A stretch of 64,000 bases of DNA, taken from contig CAVXRD010000001.1 of assembly GCA_963764165.1 (NCBI GenBank), positions 1,344,001 to 1,408,000 of the forward strand, read 5' to 3'. Shown in pieces: positions 42,734 through 50,965 of this stretch. Both the position numbers and the translations under genes were made by a program. Each line of letters starts with the position of its first letter. The first letter of the stretch is position 1. The DNA comes from an uncultured Verrucomicrobiae bacterium. Its GTDB lineage: Bacteria; Verrucomicrobiota; Verrucomicrobiia; Limisphaerales; Palsa-1400. The notes beneath the pieces were generated by a model, which saw nothing but the letters and a program-made list of their open reading frames with translations, did not search any database and was not told the DNA's origin.

Positions 42734-42762
42734 GGGTGCAATAGGGTGCAATAGGGTGCAAC
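42734..42762 (+). repeat. GGGTGCAATA tandem repeat x3
   Basis: gggtgcaata gggtgcaata gggtgcaac. Confidence 0.75.
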
Positions 42763-42981
42763 GAGCTCCATCCGGCGGAACCCAGTTGAAAGGAACGCTG
42801 CCGACTTGAGGATTTGACCTTGCATACACATGAACCCATTTTGCCCCGGCTGGCGCTGGATGGAAAACCTACCAGAGGTTTTTAGGCACGATTTTTGGAA
42901 GAAAAATGCAGAAAATTGAATCTGGAACGACCGAACCCACGAAAAGTCCCGTCGCCGGAGCCAACTCCCGCCAGACAAAAC

Positions 42982-43062
42982 AGCCACAGATGGACACAGA
43001 TCAACGCAGATGCAAACGCTTCTTCATCAGAAATCTGCGTTCATCTGCGCAAATCTGCGGCT
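42982..43062. repeat. CACAGAT / ATCTGCG triple-unit palindrome
   Basis: agccacagatggacacagatcaacgcagat ... atctgcgttcatctgcgcaaatctgcggct. Confidence 0.8.
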
Positions 43063-43065
43063 TAT

Positions 43066-43959
43066 CTACTGAGATTTCAGGTTTAACCCGCTCAGCAAGG
43101 TCCGCAATGGGCTGGCAATTTTGCCCCGCTGCCAGACAATGAACAAATCCCAGGTTGCACCGGCGTCAGCAACGGGAACCATGACCACATTCGGAACGTT
43201 CAGATGAGATATGAAGGCTGGTTGAACCGAAATCGCTTCTTCATTCGCCGCCAAGGAGAGGGATTCCACAAGGCTATTGAATTTGTCAATGGTGATCAAG
43301 CGGGGACGGAAGCCGCCATACTTGCGGCAGAACTGAATGATTCTCTGGGTGTATCCCGGCACCTCATCGTCCGATCCCCGGACGAACGTTTCGCCCTTTA
43401 ATTGTGAAAGAGACACCTGTTTTTCGGCCGCTAACGGGTGGCTGACGGGAAGCGCAACAAGGCTCCTTACAGTTGCCAATTTGCGAGCATAGAAATCGCG
43501 CGAGAGCAGGTCTATGCCGTACAAGGTCAATGCTAAATCAATTTCACCTTCCCGTAATGCGATGATTATCTCGCCGGGCGTTTGATCAAGCATTTTGACC
43601 TTCACCCTCGGATGAGTGCGTCGCAGCACGGCCAGAGCAGGCACAAGGTACTCCTGGGCGGCCGACGCAATATAACCAATACGCAATCGTTCACTTTCTC
43701 CGCGAACCAGCCGGCGGACTTCGGCCATGGTGGAATCATAATCTGCCAGAAGTTTTTTTGCCCTTTCGGCAAGAGCATGTCCTCCGTTGGTGGGACGCAC
43801 CCCGGCCGATGTTCGTTCCAAAACACGCCCGCCGAGTTCAAGTTCGAGTGATTGCAGTTGCCGCGTGATGGCGGATTGAGAAATATGCAGGCGGTCAGCC
43901 GCACGACGGAGGCTGCCTTCCTCAAGGACCACCAAGAACAAACGAAGCTTGTCCAGCAC
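43066..43959 (-). CDS. LysR family transcriptional regulator
   Basis: GSLRRAADRLHISQSAITRQLQSLE helix-turn-helix. Confidence 0.93.
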   Translation of the reverse strand: MLDKLRLFLVVLEEGSLRRAADRLHISQSAITRQLQSLELELGGRVLERTSAGVRPTNGGHALAERAKKLLADYDSTMAEVRRLVRGESERLRIGYIASAAQEYLVPALAVLRRTHPRVKVKMLDQTPGEIIIALREGEIDLALTLYGIDLLSRDFYARKLATVRSLVALPVSHPLAAEKQVSLSQLKGETFVRGSDDEVPGYTQRIIQFCRKYGGFRPRLITIDKFNSLVESLSLAANEEAISVQPAFISHLNVPNVVMVPVADAGATWDLFIVWQRGKIASPLRTLLSGLNLKSQ

Positions 43960-43970
43960 GGTTGGAATTG

Positions 43971-43989
43971 TGATGCAAATTTTGCATCA
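43971..43989. promoter_or_regulatory. LysR binding box
   Basis: Perfect palindrome TGATGCAAA-T-TTTGCATCA (T-N11-A) between divergent genes. Confidence 0.7.
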
Positions 43990-44072
43990 CTCCAATCACA
44001 AACCGGCATTAGCCACAAGGCGCGAGAAGGCGCAGGTTTCATTGTCGATAGCAAAATGAAAGCAGGTCAGCT

Positions 44073-44705
44073 ATGAAAGTCGGATTTATAGGTGCGGGAA
44101 ACGTAACGGCCACAATCGGCCGCCATTTGATAAACGCCGGTCACACGATAGTCGCATCGAACTCCAGAGGTCCGGAAACGCTGGGTAAATTCGTCGCGGA
44201 ACTCGGTGCGGGCGCCGTCGCGGGGACCAAGCAACAGGCAGCCAAATGCGATATCGTCATTCTAGCCACGAAATGGGTGGACGTGCCTGAGGCGCTCAAT
44301 GGCGTTGATTGGCGTGGACGAATACTGGTAGATGCGACTAACGCGCATATAAATTCTAAACCCGATCTTAGCCTGGCGGGCATTACCCGATCGAGGTCCG
44401 CGTTAAAGGGTCGCACCTCCAGCGAGATAGTCGCCGAGATGGCCGCTGGCGCGCGCCTTGTGAAATCAATCAGCAACATGCCGATGGAATGGATACAGGA
44501 CTTCTCGCCGACCAAACCCCGAACCGTCATCTTTGCGTCGGGTGACGACGCCGAAGCCAAACAAAGTGTAATCGAGTTAATCAACAGCACCGGACTAGTC
44601 GCCGTTGACCTCGGACCTCTTCGCACAGGCGGTGCAATGCAGGAGGTCGGCGCTCCGCTGTCGGGCCTTGAGCTTCACTTTGTCCAGCGCCTTCATCGTC
44701 GTTGA
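44073..44705 (+). CDS. NADP oxidoreductase, F420-dependent reductase family
   Basis: GFIGAGNV, NSRGPE, VDATN and SGDD motifs. Confidence 0.85.
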   Translation: MKVGFIGAGNVTATIGRHLINAGHTIVASNSRGPETLGKFVAELGAGAVAGTKQQAAKCDIVILATKWVDVPEALNGVDWRGRILVDATNAHINSKPDLSLAGITRSRSALKGRTSSEIVAEMAAGARLVKSISNMPMEWIQDFSPTKPRTVIFASGDDAEAKQSVIELINSTGLVAVDLGPLRTGGAMQEVGAPLSGLELHFVQRLHRR

Positions 44706-44717
44706 AACTGTAGAACT

Positions 44718-45185
44718 ATGAAAACAATGAAAACACAACATTACTTTATTGATCTGACTAAACGTCCACCCCGGAGCTTTCGCGTGCGTTTGGGCAACTG
44801 CGTGGTTTTGGCCCGCATGCTCGACAAGGGCCGGGCGACCCTCGCCGGGAAGAGTGGCGGATATGTATTCAATTCCCCAACCGACCAGCGTCTGGTGCAA
44901 TTCCTTGGCTTCGATCCCGATGCCTTGTTGAAGCAATTGGCAGCCGGCAAAGGTGACGGGGAAATTCTCGAATGGGTCCAGACCCATTCCAAGACCCCAC
45001 GCTCTCCTTGGGAAATCGAAGCCTGGTCTGCATTCATGGAAAAACGCGGACCGGACAGCGATGCCGAAACACTTGCGTTCTTTGCCGAACAACTGGGTCG
45101 GCTTTCCAAAACCCGGGAAGACATTAAAACATGGTTCGAATTCGGCGAACTCGATGACTACGTCAGCTTTGGAGGAAAAGCGTAA
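44718..45185 (+). CDS. DUF5069-like protein
   Basis: PPRS.R.RLG...LARMLDKGRA motif. Confidence 0.7.
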   Translation: MKTMKTQHYFIDLTKRPPRSFRVRLGNCVVLARMLDKGRATLAGKSGGYVFNSPTDQRLVQFLGFDPDALLKQLAAGKGDGEILEWVQTHSKTPRSPWEIEAWSAFMEKRGPDSDAETLAFFAEQLGRLSKTREDIKTWFEFGELDDYVSFGGKA

Positions 45186-45230
45186 ATTCAACATGGAAAA
45201 TAACGAAATACAACAAGAAGGAAAAAACAT

Positions 45231-45995
45231 ATGAACAGCAACAACGGACAAAAATTGGCGGGAAAAATTGCGGTAATCACAGGCGGAAACAGCGGGATTG
45301 GCTTGGCGACGGCCAGGCGCTTCGCGGAAGAAGGCGCGCACGTCGTAATCACTGGCCGACGAGAGAAAGAGCTGAAAGAGGCCGCAACCTTTATCGGTAA
45401 AAACGTCACGACGGTCGCTGGCGACATAACGCGCCTTGAGGATTTGGACCGGCTCTATGCCGTCGTGAAACAGAAGCACGGTCACATCGACGCGCTCTTC
45501 GCAAATGCCGGCTGGGGTGAAGTCGCGCCGCTTGGTGCCGCTACCGAAGCTCATTTCGACAAAACCTTCGATTTGAATGCGAAGGGAACTTTCTTCACAG
45601 TGCAGAAGGCCATTCCCCTGTTCAAAGATGGAGGTTCGATCATCCTCAACACTTCGGTCGCGAACGTGATGGGCTTGCCAACGTTCGCTGTCTATGCCGC
45701 GAGCAAGGCGGCTGTGCGCAGTTTCGTCCGTGCCTGGACCGTGGAACTAAAAGACCGCAAGATTCGCGTGAATGCGGTAAGCCCCGGACCAGTCGAAACT
45801 CCGGCGCTTGAGAAAGCGGGACTCACTCCGGAACAGGTAGAACAGGCGGCGGCTGGATTCGTCACGCAGGTACCGCTGGGCCGCCGAGGCAAACCCGAGG
45901 AAATCGCGGCCGCGGTCGCGTTCCTCGCCTCTGATGAAAGTTCTTACATTACGGGCGTGGAACTCGCCGTCGCTGGAGGCATGGCGCAGGTCTAA
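45231..45995 (+). CDS. SDR family oxidoreductase
   Basis: TGGNSGIG, NAG and YAASK motifs. Confidence 0.93.
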   Translation: MNSNNGQKLAGKIAVITGGNSGIGLATARRFAEEGAHVVITGRREKELKEAATFIGKNVTTVAGDITRLEDLDRLYAVVKQKHGHIDALFANAGWGEVAPLGAATEAHFDKTFDLNAKGTFFTVQKAIPLFKDGGSIILNTSVANVMGLPTFAVYAASKAAVRSFVRAWTVELKDRKIRVNAVSPGPVETPALEKAGLTPEQVEQAAAGFVTQVPLGRRGKPEEIAAAVAFLASDESSYITGVELAVAGGMAQV

Positions 45996-46075
45996 GCGTG
46001 GCGTGGTCCCGTGGCTGGCCAGCCAGTATTCGGCCCTTTGCTTCAAGTTCCCCTTGATAATCAAGGGCTCAAACT

Positions 46076-46096
46076 TGGAGGCGAGGGTCGGAATCG
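46076..46096 (-). other. tRNA-Cys 3'-end fragment (att-like)
   Basis: Reverse complement CGATTCCGACCCTCGCCTCCA = half T-arm, acceptor strand, U73 and CCA. Confidence 0.7.
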
Positions 46097-46574
46097 GTCG
46101 CCTCAAGCGCGTTTTCAGGGTTAAAAATGCCCGATTTTACGGTTGAGTCAAGCTCAACACTGCCACTACCCGAGCCAACACTTTTCCAACACCTTTGCTG
46201 ACGTTTTTGCTGACACCTGTTTTTCGAAGCGAGCACGCGAAGCCCAGAAAACGTAGCATGTTGGACAGCCTTTAGGAAGAACGCGAATCATGTGCGGAAC
46301 GCGTACCGGATGTCGCGTTAAGACCGTTCTCTGGCCATCAATAGAACTCGACAACCGAGGAAGGGGAATCCATAGTGGTGCGCAGCGTACTGCGCTCCAA
46401 GATTGGCCCGAGACGACAAGTTCATGACGCCGGAGATACCCACCGGAAACGCAACCCGCACCAGCGAGGAGGCACTGTGGGGGTTCAATCGTGCTCCAAC
46501 GCTGCTGGTCGCCCTCGGCATCACGTTAACACGTGCCGCCGCCGAACGGCCTCACGAGCATTGTGGAATATCGG

Positions 46575-47717
46575 ATGCACAACTCGCTAGAAAGAATAAA
46601 GTTTTCGTCGTTCACAGCGCCTCGATTGGTTGTTAACCGAGGGCGCAGGCGCACTGCGGCCTTCCCATTGCTTGGACAGCCGGAGCTTTTTCATCGCCGC
46701 CTCAGCGGCTATAGCCCCACGCCAATCATTCCCCTTACGGAGCTTGCGAAACAACTCGGCCTTTCTCGCCTCTATGCAAAATATGAGCATGAACGTTTTG
46801 GCCTTCCCTCCTTCAAACCTCTCGGCGTTACGTACGCCACATTGCGTCTCCTTGAGTCGCAGTTTGGTCCAATTGCTGACCTGGCGGAAGCGCGGCGAAT
46901 CTTTGCCAAGAGGCCCGATTTGGCACTGATGGCAGCCACAGACGGTAATCACGGACGTGCCGTAGCAAGGATGGCAGCTTGGCTCGGCACAAAGGCCACA
47001 ATATTTGTGCCGCGCGATATCAAACCCTCTTACCTCCAGCCCATCTATGATGAAAAAGCCGAAATTTGCATTGTACACGGAGACTATGATGCCGCAGTCA
47101 AAATGGCGGCCTCCTCCGCTCGGGCACGCGGAGCCCTCCTTGTATCGGACACTGGATTGGACACCGAGGAAGTAGGCCCCAATTATGTTTTGGATGGCTA
47201 CACTACCCTGTTTGCTGAAATTGATGATATTCTGGGCCGTGATGCCTACGACTGTCTAATCGTGCCCGCTGGCGTGGGGGGCCTTGCGGCAGCTGCGGTA
47301 AAGTATTATCGCTCATTCGAACGAACTCAAGCTCTCCGCATTTGCACGGTTGAACCGGACAGTGCAGCTTGCGTCCAAGCCTCGATTCAAGCGGGCCGGA
47401 TCGTTACGATAACGGCTACGGATTCGGTTATGTCGTGCCTCCAATGCGGCACGGTGTCGTGTAGCGCCTGGCCGTATCTCTACTCTGGATTGGACGCAGC
47501 GCTTTCTATCACGGACTCATGGTGCGACCCGGCTCTAGCGGCTCTCTGCTCGGTTGGCATCTTCACTCGCCCGACTGGGGCGGCTGCTCTTGCTGGCCTC
47601 CTTGCCTCTTTCCTTTCTTCGGCAGCTATGTCGTTGGAAGGGTTCGGGAGCAGAAGACCCGATTCCATACTCATCGTGATCACAGAGGGTCACGAGTTAG
47701 GAGGGGATAGGCGATGA
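46575..47717 (+). CDS. PLP-dependent enzyme, diaminopropionate ammonia-lyase-like (fold type II)
   Basis: RFGLPSFK, ATDGNHGRAVA, GYTTLF.E and PAGVGGLA motifs; atypical codon usage. Confidence 0.85.
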   Translation: MHNSLERIKFSSFTAPRLVVNRGRRRTAAFPLLGQPELFHRRLSGYSPTPIIPLTELAKQLGLSRLYAKYEHERFGLPSFKPLGVTYATLRLLESQFGPIADLAEARRIFAKRPDLALMAATDGNHGRAVARMAAWLGTKATIFVPRDIKPSYLQPIYDEKAEICIVHGDYDAAVKMAASSARARGALLVSDTGLDTEEVGPNYVLDGYTTLFAEIDDILGRDAYDCLIVPAGVGGLAAAAVKYYRSFERTQALRICTVEPDSAACVQASIQAGRIVTITATDSVMSCLQCGTVSCSAWPYLYSGLDAALSITDSWCDPALAALCSVGIFTRPTGAAALAGLLASFLSSAAMSLEGFGSRRPDSILIVITEGHELGGDRR

Positions 47718-47899
47718 GCACTTGCACCAACGTTCCGAACGTTGCGTTGACCGACCGGTGGAACACATTCATCATCGTAGCACGGCCGGAGGATAAGCAT
47801 GCGCTCGCAGTGGCCGACGTCCTCAGTCGCAACGGTATTTCAGTTCATATTCTCGATCTCCGACGCCTGAACCGAGACTGGGCCATTCACTACTCCTAA
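47714..47899 (+). pseudogene. Truncated ATP-grasp (MvdC/D-like pre-ATP-grasp N-terminus) fragment
   Basis: Strong SD and ATGA coupling; IIVARPEDKHALAVADVLSRNGISVHILDL; stops after 61 aa. Confidence 0.45.
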
Positions 47900-47945
47900 C
47901 TACGCCGATTGACAATCAAAGATAATGCTGGAGAAAATCCGTAAT

Positions 47946-47971
47946 AGGCGAGGGTCGGTTTTCAACCGACG
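47946..47971 (-). other. Degenerate tRNA-Cys 3' fragment
   Basis: Reverse complement CGTCGG-TTGAAAA-CCGAC-CCTCGCCT: intact T-stem, mutated loop. Confidence 0.6.
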
Positions 47972-48099
47972 CCCATGCTCAGTGCTTTCATCGCAAACCG
48001 CTGATAAACAGAGTTTTGCACTACTCACATGATTCGACAATGGATGTTGGCTCCTCGCAGCAAGCGGTGTGCCCGTTTTGAGTTACACTTCAAGAACAC

Positions 48100-48120
48100 T
48101 GGAGGCGGAGGTCGGAATCG
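48100..48120 (-). other. tRNA-Cys 3' fragment, variant acceptor strand
   Basis: Reverse complement CGATTCCGACCTCCGCCTCCA. Confidence 0.65.
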
Positions 48121-48193
48121 GACTTTCTGCGCGAAGGAAAGCAAGGACACGAAGAATCCTGTCTCAGATCCCAAATCAATCCTGCTTATCCTG

Positions 48194-49705
48194 TCAAAAT
48201 TCCGCTGAAGGGCTGCGAAAGCTCTCCGCCATCGCCACGGCTTTGAGCATGGCTTTGGCTTTGTTGACTGTCTCTTGGAATTCCGCTTCGGGGGTGGAAT
48301 CGTTGACCCAGCCGCCACCGGCCTGCACGTAAGCCTGGCCATCCTTCACCAATGCGGTGCGGATGATGATGCAGCAATCGAGGTTGCCGTTGAACGAGAA
48401 ATATCCCATGCATCCGCCATACGGGCCGCGCGCGGTTTGCTCCAGTTCGGAAATAATCTGCATGGCGCGGATTTTTGGGGCGCCGCTTAATGTCCCGGCC
48501 GGAAACGTGGCGCGCATCAGGTCATACGGCGTCTGGCCGGCGGCAAGCTGGCCTTCGACTTGCGAGACGATGTGCATGACGTGGCTGTATCGCTCGATTG
48601 TCATCAAATCCTTCACTTGCACACTGCCGAATTCGCAGACGCGGCCAATGTCGTTTCGCGCCAAGTCGACCAGCATCACGTGCTCGGCCCGCTCCTTCGG
48701 GTCGGCCAGCAGTTCTTTCTGCAACGCCTGGTCTTCCTCAAGCGTTTTGCCGCGGCGGCGCGTGCCGGCGATGGGGCGGATTTCAACACGCGAATTTTCG
48801 CATCGGACATGGATTTCAGGCGAGGCGCCGACCAGTGAAAAGCCGTCCAACTCCAGCAGAAACATATACGGCGACGGATTTACGGACCGCGCGGCGCGAT
48901 AAAGATCCACCGCCGAACATTTGAGGGGGGTCGAGAATCTTTGCGAGCCGACCACTTGAATAATATCGCCCGAACCGATGTATTTCTTCGCCCGCTCCAC
49001 ATATCCGCCAAACGTCTCCTTGGTCATGTTGGAGGCAAACGTGATTTCGGGAATCTCCAGCGGCACATCGACTGGAATATTTTCGGATGGCTGCTCCAGC
49101 AGGGATATCAAGCGCTCGATTTCGCCCGTTGCCTCCTCGTAAGCCTCCTCGGGCGAGCGCCCGTCCAGGACGGCGTTGACCAGGATGGTGATCGTCTGGG
49201 CGACGCGGTCGAAAACGAGCAATTCGTCCGCGATTAAAAAATACATCACCGGCGTGTTCAAGTCGTCGCGGGGCGGACGCGGGATGATCGGTTCGACGTC
49301 ATGGATAAATTCGTAACCGATGAAGCCCATGGCTCCGCCGGTAAATCTCGGCAGGCCCGGCAGCGCGACCGCTTTGAACCGCGACATCACCCGCTCGACG
49401 ACGACCAAGCCGTCCTTGACGGTTTTTCCGACGGTGAAGCTCTCGATCACCTTTCCGTTTTCGATGACTTCGACCAGCGGGCCGGTCTGCTTGATGACGG
49501 CGCGGGGATTGCATCCGACAAATGAATAGCGCCCGATGTGCTCGCCGCCTTCAACCGATTCGCACAAAAATGATTCGCCCTGACCGCGAATTTTCTGGTA
49601 TGCGGACAGCGGCGTTTCCAGATCGGCCAAAATGCGGCGCGTGACCGGGATGAGATTGCCCTGGCCGGCCAGCTTCAGGAATTCAGATTGTCCTGGATAA
49701 TACAC
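48194..49705 (-). CDS. trpE: Anthranilate synthase component I
   Basis: ESVEGGE..GRYS, NPSPYM, PIAGT, EHVMLVDLARND and GAPKIRAM motifs. Confidence 0.95.
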   Translation of the reverse strand: MYYPGQSEFLKLAGQGNLIPVTRRILADLETPLSAYQKIRGQGESFLCESVEGGEHIGRYSFVGCNPRAVIKQTGPLVEVIENGKVIESFTVGKTVKDGLVVVERVMSRFKAVALPGLPRFTGGAMGFIGYEFIHDVEPIIPRPPRDDLNTPVMYFLIADELLVFDRVAQTITILVNAVLDGRSPEEAYEEATGEIERLISLLEQPSENIPVDVPLEIPEITFASNMTKETFGGYVERAKKYIGSGDIIQVVGSQRFSTPLKCSAVDLYRAARSVNPSPYMFLLELDGFSLVGASPEIHVRCENSRVEIRPIAGTRRRGKTLEEDQALQKELLADPKERAEHVMLVDLARNDIGRVCEFGSVQVKDLMTIERYSHVMHIVSQVEGQLAAGQTPYDLMRATFPAGTLSGAPKIRAMQIISELEQTARGPYGGCMGYFSFNGNLDCCIIIRTALVKDGQAYVQAGGGWVNDSTPEAEFQETVNKAKAMLKAVAMAESFRSPSAEF

Positions 49706-50241
49706 GGTTCTTTCTTACCTTCCAGCCGCCTCAAGCGCCACAAGGAAAGTGAGGTGTAAAACAAAACGATCCCCGCGTAGGCGACGATTCCAAAGCCGAT
49801 CGCATAGGGAATGCTCTCGGGAGGGCAGAACCAGATCAACGCCGCGCCAGGAAGCGCCGTCAACAAACTTTCCCCGCAAATGCAGGCGAAATAAAGCCCT
49901 TTGGGCGATTGCTCGATGCGATCGAGAAACCAATGGCTGTAGGCGTGCTCGCCCATCGTCCGCATCAGCCAGGCAGCGTGAAAATTATGCGCGGCTACCA
50001 GCACTCCCGCTGTGGCCACGATGATGGCGGTGATCGGGCACACGGCGAATCCGAAGCACATGGCGACATTGACGATTGCGCCCCATTTCCAGCCGAGCTT
50101 CCGCGCCAGCGGATTTCCCTCGAGCACAAGGTGCGGCGTCGCCACGTGAGTGCTGAGGAAATCCATTCCGCGCGCGAAGATTAGCAGCGCAAAAAAGCAC
50201 CAGTAGGCGCGGCCACCGAAAGGAACAGTCGGGCCGAGCAT
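49675..50241 (-). CDS. Hypothetical membrane protein
   Basis: Several TM segments; DFLST...EGNPLAR; lies between hisI and trpE. Confidence 0.75.
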   Translation of the reverse strand: MLGPTVPFGGRAYWCFFALLIFARGMDFLSTHVATPHLVLEGNPLARKLGWKWGAIVNVAMCFGFAVCPITAIIVATAGVLVAAHNFHAAWLMRTMGEHAYSHWFLDRIEQSPKGLYFACICGESLLTALPGAALIWFCPPESIPYAIGFGIVAYAGIVLFYTSLSLWRLRRLEGKKEPCIIQDNLNS

Positions 50242-50631
50242 TTATTTTTTCCCGTAAATTTGCTCCGGCCGCATGAGCTGCGGCTCGGTGACGCGCCCGG
50301 CAGCGCCGTTCTCATCGAAGGAGCGAAAGAAGCACGAACGATACCCTTCATGGCAGGCCGCGCCGGTTTGATCGACTTTGATGAGGAGAGTGTCGCCGTC
50401 ACAATCAAACGCGATGTCTTTGACGATTTGGACGTGGCCGCTGGATTCCCCTTTCATCCAGAATTTCTGGCGCGAACGGCTCCAAAAGTGGGTCTTCCCG
50501 GTGGCGACCGTAGCCTCAAGCGAAGCGCGGTTCATCCAGGCCATCATCAGCACGCGGCCATCGTGGTCATCCTGGATGATCGCCGGGATAAGGCCATCGG
50601 AGTTGAATTTCAGTTTATCGTAAGCACTCAT
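50242..50631 (-). CDS. hisI: Phosphoribosyl-AMP cyclohydrolase
   Basis: WSRSR, KGESSG, DCDGD and [10 protein letters not shown] motifs. Confidence 0.96.
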   Translation of the reverse strand: MSAYDKLKFNSDGLIPAIIQDDHDGRVLMMAWMNRASLEATVATGKTHFWSRSRQKFWMKGESSGHVQIVKDIAFDCDGDTLLIKVDQTGAACHEGYRSCFFRSFDENGAAGRVTEPQLMRPEQIYGKK

Positions 50632-50694
50632 TTTAGCATGGTTGCGCGTGGAAAGATAACAGACGGAGGGGAAGTTAAAAGAGAAGAAGAGCCA

Positions 50695-50920
50695 ACAGAA
50701 GGAAACAAAGGCAACGAAGGAGGACGAAAGGCATTTGTTTGGGGAGCGTGGTCGTCTTGACCGCCGTTTTCGGAGTTCCGCCTAAAACTCTTGCGGCGCG
50801 TCGTGGAGACTGGCTGGCGAGACGCCAGCCAGAGCGACCAAGACCGTCGCGCTCCCAAAATCCTGTTAAATCACCAGACAGACGATTTGTTCCTGCTTCG
50901 TTTCCTTCGTTGCCTTCTGT
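50695..50920. repeat. Nested palindromes: ACAGAAGGAAAC element containing a GGGGAGCG-family element (50738-50859)
   Basis: Outer acagaaggaaacaaaggcaacgaag / cttcgtttccttcgttgccttctgt; inner tttggggagcg / cgctcccaaa. Confidence 0.75.
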
Positions 50921-50965
50921 AAAGACCCTTCCGGCAAATTTTGAATGTCGCTCCGAATAGCGAAG

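Noticed and set aside
46403..46636. Possible graspetide precursor peptide (TGNATRTSEE)
   Set aside because: The motif is a single imperfect match, the ORF overlaps the PLP gene, and no clear leader is present.
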